Part shown: in pieces, positions 19,550-31,554 of the stretch | Numbering within the stretch: position 1 is the first letter of the stretch | Layout of the letters: each line of letters begins with the position of its first letter | Assembly: GCA_963813075.1 (NCBI GenBank) | Contig: CAWEXU010000005.1 | Span: forward strand, 148,519 to 212,518 | Direction: 5' to 3' | Length of the DNA: 64,000 nt | From: Methanotrichaceae archaeon | Lineage (GTDB): Archaea; Halobacteriota; Methanosarcinia; Methanotrichales; Methanotrichaceae | Translations under genes and position numbers: made by a program | Notes under the pieces: generated by a model | Databases searched by the model: none | Told to the model about the DNA's origin: nothing | Seen by the model: the letters and a program-made list of their open reading frames with translations, nothing else

Positions 19550-22500
19550 ATGAAAAATGAAATCTTGATAAAAGGAGATCCAAAATGCACTCGCATAAGA
19601 TCTCCGGAAACTAAATACCGAAATCATTTAAGGAATCATGTGGTGACTATTTTCATCATTTTGGCGGCTATCAGTCTTCTGGCAGTCAGCCCGGCAATGG
19701 GGCAGGCTGTCCAGGCCAGCTCATCCGGCATCTGGACCGATGTAGATGGCGGCAGATATATTTCAGGACTTGACACCAATGTGGTTCGCTGGGGTCTAGG
19801 TCAGGATGGACAGAGCGGATTGCGCTTTGATGGACTGCCTGTCAGCTCCACTTTCGGGCAGGAGTTCTGTCTGGGAAAGCTTACCCATTACAACTACCCA
19901 ATTAGTTATGCGGCTAGCAGGAGCTACATTACAGGTCACAATGCACTTCACGAATCCCTCATTAGGCGATGTCTACTTCACATATGATATGGCCATTGAT
20001 GAAACGGCCAACAGCGGCGATTGTGACGATTGCGCATATAGCCCATGCTCCGTTCCGTGTCCAGACAAAATAACCTGGCCTGCGACCCCCCCGGCAGATC
20101 AGAACTTTACCATCGGTAGTGATACATACACCCTGCAAATAGTGGGTATCAAGGATGCATGTGAAGGCGGATCTTCGCTTCCATACTTTATAACCCAAGA
20201 ATACAAGAATAACGTTGGATATCTTGTGGGAAGAATCGTTCTAACCAGCAGACCTGATGCAATCGACGACTTCTACAGCACAAAGACGAATATGCCCTTA
20301 ACTGTGGCAGCTCCAGGTGTGCTTGGAAACGATTTTGAAAAGAGTGGATTGGATCTTGATGTCGTTAGTTACACACAGCCTGCACACGGTACAGTCACAG
20401 TAGACCTCGAAACCGGATCGATGACTTATACTCCCAATGCAGACTTCTGTGGTACAGATACCTTCACCTATGAGATAACGAATGGCCAGGGCAAGTTCGA
20501 CGAAGCCACAGTGACAATCACAGTTGTCTGCGACGATAACAACAAATGCACAATTGATGCCTGCGTCGATGGTATATGCACCCATACGGAAGTAAACTGC
20601 GACGATGGCAATATCTGTACCGACGATAGCTGCGATCCAGCTACAGGCGAATGCATCCATGAGGATAACACCGCACCATGCGACGACGGCAACGCCTGTA
20701 CCGAGAATGATGTCTGTGTTGAAGGGGAATGTACTGCAGGCACACCTCTGACCTGCAATAATGGACTGTTCTGCGATGGCCTAGAGACCTGCGATGCAAT
20801 CAATGGTTGCCAGGATGGAGCTGATCCGTTAGTAGATGATGGCGTAGCCTGTACCGACGACTCATGCGATGAGACAGCTGACAAAGTTGTGCACACACCG
20901 GTCGATTCTCGCTGCTCGGACGATGATGTCTGTAACGGCATCGAGACATGCGATCCAGCAACTGGCTGTACAAACCCAGACGATTTGGTCTGCAATAATG
21001 GACTGTTCTGCGATGGCCTAGAGACCTGCGATGCAATCAATGGTTGCCAGGATGGAGCTGATCCGTTAGTAGATGATGGCGTAGCCTGTACCGACGACTC
21101 ATGCGATGAGACAGCTGACAAAGTTGTGCACACACCGGTCGATTCTCGCTGCTCGGACGATGATGTCTGTAACGGCATCGAGACATGCGATCCAGCAACT
21201 GGCTGTACAAACCCGGATGATCTGGTCTGCAATAATGGACTGTTCTGCGATGGCCTAGAGACCTGCGATGCAATCAATGGTTGCCAGGATGGAGCTGATC
21301 CGTTAGTAGATGATGGCGTAGCCTGTACCGACGACTCATGCGATGAGACAGCTGACAAAGTTGTGCACACACCGGTCGATTCTCGCTGCTCGGACGATGA
21401 TGTCTGTAACGGCATCGAGACATGCGATCCAGCAACTGGCTGTACAAACCCGGATGATCTGGTCTGCAATAATGGACTGTTCTGCGATGGCCTAGAGACC
21501 TGCGATGCAATCAATGGTTGCCAGGATGGAGCTGATCCGTTAGTAGATGATGGCGTAGCCTGTACCGACGACTCATGCGATGAGACAGCTGACAAAGTTG
21601 TGCACACACCGGTCGATTCTCGCTGCTCGGACGATGATGTCTGTAACGGCATCGAGACATGCGATCCAGCAACTGGCTGTACAAACCCAGACGATCTGGT
21701 CTGCAATAATGGACTGTTCTGCGATGGCCTAGAGACCTGCGATGCAATCAATGGTTGCCAGGATGGAGCTGATCCGTTAGTAGATGATGGCGTAGCCTGT
21801 ACCGACGACTCATGCGATGAGACAGCTGACAAAGTTGTGCACACACCGGTCGATTCTCGCTGCTCGGACGATGATGTCTGTAACGGCATCGAGACATGCG
21901 ATCCAGCAACTGGCTGTACAAACCCAGACGATCTGGTCTGCAATAATGGACTGTTCTGCGATGGCCTAGAGACCTGCGATGCAATCAATGGTTGCCAGGA
22001 TGGAGCTGATCCGTTAGTAGATGATGGCGTAGCCTGTACCGACGATTCATGCGACGAGACAGCTGACAAAGTTGTGCACACACCGGTCGATTCTCGCTGC
22101 TCGGACGATGATGTCTGTAACGGCATCGAGACATGCGATCCAGCAACTGGCTGTACAAACCCAGATGATCTGGTCTGCAATAATGGACTGTTCTGCGATG
22201 GCCTAGAGACCTGCGATGCAATCAATGGTTGCCAGGATGGAGCTGATCCGTTAGTAGATGATGGCGTAGCCTGTACCGACGACTCATGCGATGAGACAGC
22301 TGACAAAGTTGTGCACACACCGGTCGATTCTCGCTGCTCGGACGATGATGTCTGTAACGGCATCGAGACATGCGATCCAGCAACTGGCTGTACAAACCCA
22401 GACGATCTGGTCTGCAATAATGGACTGTTCTGCGATGGCCTAGAGACCTGCGATGCAATCAATGGTTGCCAGGATGGAGCTGATCCGTTAGTAGATGATG

Positions 22501-23859
22501 GCGTAGCCTGTACCGACGACTCATGCGATGAGACAGACTGACAAAGTTGTGCACACACCGGTCGATTCTCGCTGCTCGGACGATGATGTCTGTAACGGCA
22601 TCGAGACATGCGATCCAGCAACTGGCTGTACAAACCCAGACGATCTGGTCTGCAATAATGGACTGTTCTGTGATGGCCTAGAGACCTGCGATGCAATCAA
22701 TGGTTGCCAGGATGGAGCTGATCCGTTAGTAGATGATGGCGTAGCCTGTACCGACGATTCATGCGACGAAGAAAACGACGTAGTTGTGCACGCACCAAAC
22801 GACGGCTTATGCTCGAACAATGACGTCTGTGACGGTATCGAGACCTGCGATCCAGTCGCTGGCTGCCAGCCAGGCACACCTCTGACCTGCGATAACGGTC
22901 TGTTCTGCGATGGTCTGGAAAGCTGCGATCCAGTCGATGGCTGCCTGCCCGGAACCGCTCCGAACTGCGATGACGGCGTAGCCTGTACCACGGACTCCTG
23001 CAACGAGGATGCGGACAGCTGCGATAATGTTGCCGACGACACAAAATGCGATGATAGTGATGCCTGCACTATAGACACCTGTGATGCAGAGCTAGGCTGT
23101 CAGCATGAAGATGTAATCTGCGATGACCGCAATCTCTGCACCACTGATGAGTGCGTTGACGGCGCCTGTGTCTACACGCCCGTAGACTGCGATGACGGCG
23201 ACACCTGCACCGCAGACAGCTGCGACCCAGCAACAGGTGACTGCATCAACACCCCCATAAACTGCAACTGTCCGGAGGCAGAGGATGACGAGTTCGGCCT
23301 GATTTATACCAGCACCTGCAGCCCCCTGGCCATCTCCATATCTGATGGCGTTCTGACAAACGACTTCGACCTTGATGAAGACGACCTTACGGTAGAGCTT
23401 CTGGAGGGGCCAAGCCACGGCACTCTCACCCTGAATCCCGATGGCTCTTTCACCTACAAGCCTGCTCGGGGCTTTATCGGCATAGATAGCTTCACCTACC
23501 GGGCCTTTGACGGAGAGTGCTACTCCGAGCCGGCGACGGTTACGATCTATGTGGCCAAATGCCCCTGGTTCATCAAGAATGAGCTGTATTCGGCAGCCTG
23601 TGGAGCAGATAAGGTAGTTGCGGCAAGCGAAGGGCTTCTGGCCAATGATGCTACCGCGATTGCAATTGTGAATCCAGAACTGATCACAATTGATCCTCAG
23701 TACGGAACTATAGACGTTGCTGAAGATGGCTCATTTGTCTACCATGCGGCCGAGAGCATCACTTCAGGCACATATGTGCAGTTCAAGTACACTGCAACCA
23801 ATGGAGTCTGCGAGGCCAAGTATCAGGGAATCGCCAAGATACAGGTAGTATGCTCGTGA
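19550..23859 (+). CDS. Giant secreted cysteine-rich repeat protein of about 1435 aa (choice-of-anchor K-like domain, Ig-like domains, 79-aa repeats); two +1 frameshifts
   Basis: ORFs 19550, 19806 and 22528 join into one protein when single extra A bases near 19915 and 22537 are removed. Signal segment; LGKLTHYNYPI..IDETAN; PGVLGND..HGTVTV..GTDTFTY; C-terminus paralogous to the 13049 protein. Confidence 0.85.
20754..22770 (+). repeat. Coding tandem repeat, about 8.5 x 237 bp, almost identical copies
   Basis: Units start at 20754, 20991, 21228, 21465, 21702, 21939, 22176, 22413 and 22651 (the last shifted +1 by the indel). Confidence 0.95.
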
Positions 23860-23863
23860 GAGC

Positions 23864-23894
23864 AGAAAGGACCTGGGTCCTTTCTTCTTTTTTT
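23864..23894 (+). terminator. Hairpin terminator
   Basis: AGAAAGGACC-tg-GGTCCTTTCT inverted repeat followed by a T-run, 5 nt after the stop. Confidence 0.7.
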
Positions 23895-24313
23895 GCAGGG
23901 AAGATTCTATTATGGCTGATAGCTGTTTTTGGTATCCGTCGACTTGGCATTCTGAGTGGGTAACGGATCATGAGTTCTATCAGTGACATGTTCTCCGTGC
24001 GCTCTGTGTCTCCAGCCTGAAAAACTCGGTTAACGCATACTGTTTTTTCATGCCTTGGGGATCACAAAAGTTCACAGAGTGCGTGCAGAGACGAACTAAA
24101 ACGGCCAAAAACATAGTAACCTGATTTTAGCCCACAAGAAACAGAACCGCGAAGAGCTTTTTAGACTCTGTTATTAATATTAAGCTAAAAATTGAACGAA
24201 AAAAGAGGATACGCACAGGATTCTGCAAGGGGCTATGGGGGATTAGTCCCACCCCCTGCAGTCTGCTGGTCAGAAAGCCAGCAGATCTCCTATAGATAAA
24301 TCGTCCGATGAGA

Positions 24314-25898
24314 TTATTTGTCCGAGAACATCGTCTCCGACCGGCTTTCATTCAGTTCCCTCGAGCAGAACGATGGCTCCTCTTTGAATCCGCAGCATAA
24401 GAGGTCCTTCACCGCTTCAGGACTGCGTGCGTTAGTGTCATTGGTGGCGAAGTGGGACTCTCTGACGATCTCGCCGTTCATGAGCATGGTGGGCGAGCTG
24501 GTTATCTTGAAGCTGGTCGTCAGATCGAAGTCCTCCTGGGCATAGGCCAGGCCGCGGGCGGAGTCGTTGGTGCAGGCGTCAAGCTCCTTTTGGTTAATGG
24601 AGACCGATTCGAGGCACTCTGCTGTATTGCCTTCCTTCATATAGCAACGCACATAATCCCAGTACCTGTCAGTCTGCTCCTCCCGGATGCATATCTGGCG
24701 CAGGTTCTCCTGGGCCTCCACCTCGCCGTGCATGGCCCTAATGGTGTTGTTTTCGGGGTCCACCTCGCCGATGTACATCACCTTCAGGTATTCTTCTGTC
24801 TCCTGTGCATCGCTGATGATATCCGCCATGATCCTTTGCATCTGCAGACCGAAGGGACACCGGGATACCACGAAGGCCTGGAGGAGAGGCTGGTCTGACT
24901 TGTTCATCTTGATACAGGCCTCTTCTGGTGTCAGCTTGAGCTGGGCGAGTGGGAGGGACACATTGCTCAAGTTCAGGCCGGGCTCTATCTCCTTCAGCCT
25001 TGCCACAATGGTAGCCTTATCCTTGTTGCCCTGCACAATTCCCGAGAACTCGCCGTCCTTGAAAATGAGGGTGGCGGGAATGCCGGTGATGTTGTATTTC
25101 TCTCTGGTCTGGACGTTAAGCCTGGTGTCTATCAAACCCAGGGCCATCTGCCCATTGAGCTCTCCGGCCAGTTCCGAAATTGTGTCATTGAACAGCTCAC
25201 AGTAAGGGCAGGGATTGGTGAATCCCACTACCACCAGCAATGGCTGGTACTGAGAGATGGCTGAATCTATGTTCTTGTCTGTGATCAGCATGGCCTGAGA
25301 TGAATTGCTTATCCCTGGCCCGATAAGCTCTATGGCCCCTCCTTGAGGCCGATTGGCTGAAGCGGAGCCAGCGACAGCTTCGGTTTTTTCCTTTGTCCGG
25401 TTAATTGGCGGGAGCTCTACCCGGCTTAGCATCCAGTTCTGGCTGGAGTTCTTTTAGCTCATCCAGGAGATCTGATTTGCTGATATTGCCTTTCATCCTG
25501 CTGACCAGAACCCCTTCCTGGAAGAAAAGGAGTGTGGGGAAGGATGAAATCTTGTAGTCCCGGACGGTGTTTCTGCTCTCTCCGCTCCTGGCGTTAATCC
25601 TGCCGAACTGGACCTGCCCATGAAGTTCATTTTCCAGCTCTAATATGGTATTATTCATGAATTGGCATGGGCCGCACCCTGGATAATAGAAGTCCAGGAC
25701 GAACATGGAGCTGTTGTTCAGCATGGATGCCATCTTCAGATCAGTCAGTTCCATTGGATCTTTGATCTGATCTGCAATAGTTGCGGGGGGTAATGATTTT
25801 GACTCCTCTGCAGGGAGGAATCTCAACACCGTTGCAGATATCAGCAGTAGGGCAATCAAGGCGATTATGCCAATTTTGTGGCTCCTCAGGAGAGGCAT
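24314..25898 (-). CDS. Second multi-thioredoxin protein (Trx CGPC + Trx CPYC + GILT/DsbA-like), one frameshift near 25430
   Basis: ORFs 25401-25898 and 24314-25432 together are colinear with the 17570-19150 protein; extra base in gat gct (a)agc cgg. Confidence 0.85.
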
Positions 25899-26040
25899 AC
25901 TGTCACATGAGTACCTGCGAATATATTAGCATTTCCAGTGAGGCATCCATTAAATCAAAAATAGTTAAAAATGCATCACGTGCTATGTTATCGATTTTCT
26001 TGAATATTATATCAAAAAAGCTGAATTGACAGGATCAGGA

Positions 26041-26101
26041 ATATACCAATACCAGGATTATACCATGAGTATACCATGAGTATACCAGGAATATACCAGA
26101 A
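26041..26101. repeat. Intergenic 11-bp-period TATACCA array
   Basis: TATACCA at 26059, 26070, 26081 and 26092; AATACCA in register at 26048; a further TATACCA at 26042. Confidence 0.8.
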
Positions 26102-26202
26102 GGACTTAATCCAGCAAATCGCCTTTTGATGAGGATTTCTTTAATATCAAACTCAATAATCACTGTAGAATAGATTTTCGCAACAGAGGACACCGGGAAG
26201 CT

Positions 26203-26472
26203 CTAATTTTCGTCTTCTTTTGGATTCTCTCCGGCATTGAGTATGGTGCATATCTCTGTAAGACACAATAGCATCTTTTCGCCAGATGGGGTGATCTTGT
26301 ATAACTTTTCATCTTTTATCAAATAGCCATTCTCAGTCAGCCAGTTGAGATATGCGCCAGCGTTTTTGAAGTTGAGGTTGATCTGATAGACTATCCTTGT
26401 TTTGCTCGCACCATTCTTCCCGCAGAGATTCAGAATGCTGCTCAGCACCTCCAACCTGGTCCGCCTTGCCAT
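26203..26472 (-). CDS. Small winged-helix transcription regulator (archaeal HTH_45-like)
   Basis: RRTRLEVLSSIL..GASKTRIVYQINLNF..YLNWL..YKITPSG pattern. Confidence 0.85.
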   Translation of the reverse strand: MARRTRLEVLSSILNLCGKNGASKTRIVYQINLNFKNAGAYLNWLTENGYLIKDEKLYKITPSGEKMLLCLTEICTILNAGENPKEDEN

Positions 26473-26562
26473 CTCAATCCTCTCAAAAAATATTTGACAG
26501 TATCATGTTTTGAATGCTGATAAATCTTTCGTAAAAAAACAGGATTCTCAAGAGCTGACGAA

Positions 26563-27018
26563 TCAGATCTGCAATAAGGCGACAATCTTGCCGTCGAGCT
26601 CTTGGGCAGACTTTTGCAACCTTGGATCCTCAATTGACATCAGCTTTGCCAGGTCTCTTCTCAGAGGGCCGAGGACCAGATATGCCTCCTTGCCCCTGGC
26701 GGCAGATGTAATTTCCTGGAGCCTCTCCAGCCTCTGCATCATGTCATCCGGTCCATGCAATAGATCGGACAGCTCTTTTAATGCTCTGGCCACCTGTCTT
26801 CCCCGGTCGGTCAGCTCCAGGTATCTTACCCTCCCCTCCGGCCGGGAGGTCATCAGCCCATGCTCCTCCAGCTCGCGGATGATGCTTGAGGTATGGGGGA
26901 AGGTGGAGTCTATGTGCTTGGCGATCTGCGCGGCATAAACCGGCTCCATCTCGCTTATGGCCAGGAGGGCAAGAGACGGCTTCTCCCTGAGGAAAAGCCG
27001 CTCTAAAGGCTCTTTCAT
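26563..27018 (-). CDS. MarR-like winged-helix regulator
   Basis: LFLREKP..YAAQIAKHIDSTFPHTSSIIRELEEHGL..GRVRYLELTDRG. Confidence 0.8.
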   Translation of the reverse strand: MKEPLERLFLREKPSLALLAISEMEPVYAAQIAKHIDSTFPHTSSIIRELEEHGLMTSRPEGRVRYLELTDRGRQVARALKELSDLLHGPDDMMQRLERLQEITSAARGKEAYLVLGPLRRDLAKLMSIEDPRLQKSAQELDGKIVALLQI

Positions 27019-27045
27019 CTTCGCTTCAGGAACGGTACCTGCTCT

Positions 27046-28017
27046 TCACTCAGTCTCCTGGTCATCCTCAGCCTGGATCTGGACCGGCCTGATGACAACG
27101 GCATCAAGGGCTTCGGCCGGCGGGGTGATGGTCAATTGCTTATCAAAGTCGTAGTAGGTGTCGGTTGTCTCCACGCTGACCTCGACCGCTCCCATCTCTA
27201 TCGATTCATTGAACATGGTCATCTGGCTGGTGTTGATGTCCAGACCGCCGATGATCATTGGCGTCATGGTGTAGCCCATTTTGCTCTGGTATTTAACCGG
27301 GAGATAGGTGCTCTTGGAGATCCAGAGGGTCTTCTCCATCATTCCGGTCTCATTCAGCTCTGTTCTATTGACAGAGGGCATGAGCATGGGATAGGAGACC
27401 AGACTGGCAGCCATGCTGAATGCGTTATCGTAGATGGCATTATTATTCTCTGCCTCTGTGGTTATAATCCGCAGCTTGTAGGCATCTGTGCCGTCGATGT
27501 TCTCCGAGCCTGCCACTTCCACCTGGGAGAGATTGAAGGTCTCGGCCATGGCCATTACCTGGTTATTTCTGCCCAGTCCCCAGATCTCCTCTGAAGTCCT
27601 TGGATCCAGAAGGCTGGTCCAGTTGCCGCTCTCATCCATGATATAGGTCGAGTTGCCCAATTGATAGACATCGGCTTCGGTGGTGGTGGTGTTCTTCTCC
27701 AATCCAGGCTGCTCTGCCTCGATGGTGGTTGAGCCCTTGGCATGGGCCTGCTGGCCAGCGAGGTTCACAATAGCGGTGGTCTCTGCGCCCTCTTTGATTA
27801 TGGTTGCATTCTCTGGAGTGGCATTTGCCCCTATGGCATTGAGCGTTCTGGTGCGGGACATTGTGCTCTGCAGGCTGTAGCTGGTCAGGTTCTCTGCCGC
27901 GGATAAGGAGAGTACCTTCAGCTCTTCTATGCTCTTTTCCGGCTGATCCTGGGTTTCCGTACAGCCGGATATGGCCAGGGCAGCCAATATCAGAATTATC
28001 ATCAGCAATCTCTTCAT
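27046..28017 (-). CDS. Lipoprotein (LppX/LolA-like beta-rich family)
   Basis: Lipobox LAISGC; GSENIDGTDAYKL, LWISKSTYLPVK and YYDFDKQLTITPP patterns. Confidence 0.7.
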   Translation of the reverse strand: MKRLLMIILILAALAISGCTETQDQPEKSIEELKVLSLSAAENLTSYSLQSTMSRTRTLNAIGANATPENATIIKEGAETTAIVNLAGQQAHAKGSTTIEAEQPGLEKNTTTTEADVYQLGNSTYIMDESGNWTSLLDPRTSEEIWGLGRNNQVMAMAETFNLSQVEVAGSENIDGTDAYKLRIITTEAENNNAIYDNAFSMAASLVSYPMLMPSVNRTELNETGMMEKTLWISKSTYLPVKYQSKMGYTMTPMIIGGLDINTSQMTMFNESIEMGAVEVSVETTDTYYDFDKQLTITPPAEALDAVVIRPVQIQAEDDQETE

Positions 28018-28048
28018 ATCATCATCTCTTAATAAATCACAATAAATC

Positions 28049-28963
28049 TCATCTCTTGGCCTTGAACTTTTCTCCTGTGATCATCTCGAACAGCCGGATG
28101 TAAATCAGGCTGGTCTCTTTGATCACATCATCAGGAAGGGCAGGTATTGCAGGCTCCGCTTGCCCCTGTTCCCTGGCCTGATATAGAAGGTCTTTGTAGC
28201 CCGTCTGCCGATAGTACTGGCGCACATACTCCTTGGAGAGGTCCACCAGTTCGCCTTCCTCGTAGCGCTTTTTATCCCAGAACCGGTCCTCGTCTGCTGT
28301 TCCATAGACATCGACTACCATTATATTCCGATCAGCATCGAAGGCAAGCTCTTTTTTGCCGTCTGCATGGATCAGGCCGCGGCTGGCAACGCTCCGGTTG
28401 ATATCCTCATCGATCTTAAGGACGATCTCCCGAGCATCCTCATACTCCTTAGGCGTCAGGCCGGATATCTCTAGAGCCTCTTCCTTCTTCAATAGGCGGT
28501 CGGTCTTTTCCAGTTTGGTAGAGACCTCCAGAAAGGGTTCGGGCAGAAGCTCGCCGGATCGGACGGTATGCCCGGAGGGAAAACCCAGATCCTGGGCGGT
28601 TATATCTCCCGATTCCACCCGGTCGAAGAGAGAGCCGGCCACATACCAGCGGCAGATCCATTCCAGGGGAATGAGATAGTTCCTGGATTGGGGGGTGATT
28701 TTAGACGAGGGGATTATCTCCACTTTGTGGCAGAGCATGCCGGCTGGCGGCAGATACTGCAGAAAGTGGGTCTTGATTCCCATTCTCTTCGCCCGATCAA
28801 ACCAGTAGACGCCCTCCCGGCTGAGGGTCTCTCCTTTGAAGGGAATAATGGAAGGAATTATCTTATCGAAGACGGAGATATTGTCGGTAAACTGAAACTC
28901 CAGTCGGTCGCCCAGGTCGTATGCCTCTTTGACCTTGCCTTTCATCAGAAGCGTGCGTTCCAT
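28049..28963 (-). CDS. purC: SAICAR synthetase
   Basis: GKVKEAY, TDNISVFD, IPFKGE, IPLEWICRWYVAGS, DGKKE, DEDRFW, LSKEYVR. Confidence 0.95.
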   Translation of the reverse strand: MERTLLMKGKVKEAYDLGDRLEFQFTDNISVFDKIIPSIIPFKGETLSREGVYWFDRAKRMGIKTHFLQYLPPAGMLCHKVEIIPSSKITPQSRNYLIPLEWICRWYVAGSLFDRVESGDITAQDLGFPSGHTVRSGELLPEPFLEVSTKLEKTDRLLKKEEALEISGLTPKEYEDAREIVLKIDEDINRSVASRGLIHADGKKELAFDADRNIMVVDVYGTADEDRFWDKKRYEEGELVDLSKEYVRQYYRQTGYKDLLYQAREQGQAEPAIPALPDDVIKETSLIYIRLFEMITGEKFKAKR

Positions 28964-29032
28964 TGCAGGAGATGTCTCCGGCAAGATAATAATCCTTTGC
29001 TTTTCGGGGAAAAAAGAGATGAGGGAAAGGAC

Positions 29033-30667
<1,635 letters not shown>

Positions 30668-30837
30668 TTAATCTCCTCCGTTGTATTAGATCAAAGCGTG
30701 ATATCCGGTGTTTGAACTTCTATATGAATGTTTTGATAAATGATAAATGAAAAAGGATTCGAGGGGCCAGCACGATGGGCAAATCGATTCGCGTGTCCTG
30801 AGATCCTCGGATCCCATCCGATTTCTGCCCCTGCATG

Positions 30838-31554
30838 CTATGCTTTCCAGAGATCGGACTCCAGCTCCTCCAGCGCCCTGATGACTCCTTCTGCCGCCAT
30901 CTGGAGGAAGGCCTTCCCCTTCTCGGGAGTGGCCGGGGATGGGTTTCCCATGATCCCATTTCCCATCAGGTGACGGACACTTTTCATTATCAGGAATCGG
31001 GGCATCTGGGGAAAATGCTCTTCTGGCTTTCCTTTCACCAGATCGCTGCGAATGGCCATCATCATTGAGGTCTCTGTCTCTCCGGCATGCCCGTCATGCG
31101 GCGTTTCCACTGCTGCCGGGTCGATCAGGTCAAACAATGATACCAGGCTGATCTGCAGGTCGCGCTCCTGCAATGCCATCTGAGAGGCCTCTTTCAGGGC
31201 GGATAAATGCTGGCTCCCGGCATGGCCGGTGAGGATCAGCACCTTTTTGAATCCACTGTCTGCAAATGAAATCAGGATATCTTTAACATATGAGCGCAGG
31301 GCATCGGGGCCCACGGTGATGGTGCCGGGAAAGCCGCGGGTGCTGCGGCAGACCCCGTAGTGGATGGGTGGAGCCAGGAACACCTCCCGCCTCTGGGCAA
31401 CAGCGCGCGCCGTCTCCAGGGCCTGGATGGTATCGGTGAATGTGGGGAGGTGAGGGCCATGCTCCTCAGTCGCTCCCACCGGCAGGATCACCGTCCTGCT
31501 CTCCTTCTGTCCCTCCTCGATCTCCTGCCAGCTCATCTCCTCCAGGAGCTTCAT
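30838..31554 (-). CDS. Creatininase-family protein
   Basis: LPVGATEEHGPHLP..D, FPGTI, GHAG, HAGETETS. Confidence 0.9.
   Translation of the reverse strand: MKLLEEMSWQEIEEGQKESRTVILPVGATEEHGPHLPTFTDTIQALETARAVAQRREVFLAPPIHYGVCRSTRGFPGTITVGPDALRSYVKDILISFADSGFKKVLILTGHAGSQHLSALKEASQMALQERDLQISLVSLFDLIDPAAVETPHDGHAGETETSMMMAIRSDLVKGKPEEHFPQMPRFLIMKSVRHLMGNGIMGNPSPATPEKGKAFLQMAAEGVIRALEELESDLWKA

Noticed and set aside
13778..22770. Regular repeats as a CRISPR array
   Set aside because: Units are contiguous, in-frame multiples of three with no unique spacers, and no cas genes are present.
13382..23418. Long minus-strand ORFs (845, 742 and 323 aa, and repeated 78-aa ORFs)
   Set aside because: They are antisense shadows of the coding tandem repeats.
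13049..23859. Cys-rich proteins as multiheme cytochromes or polyferredoxins
   Set aside because: I found no CxxCH or CxxCxxCxxxCP motifs; the CDDC near 20020 is followed by Ala.
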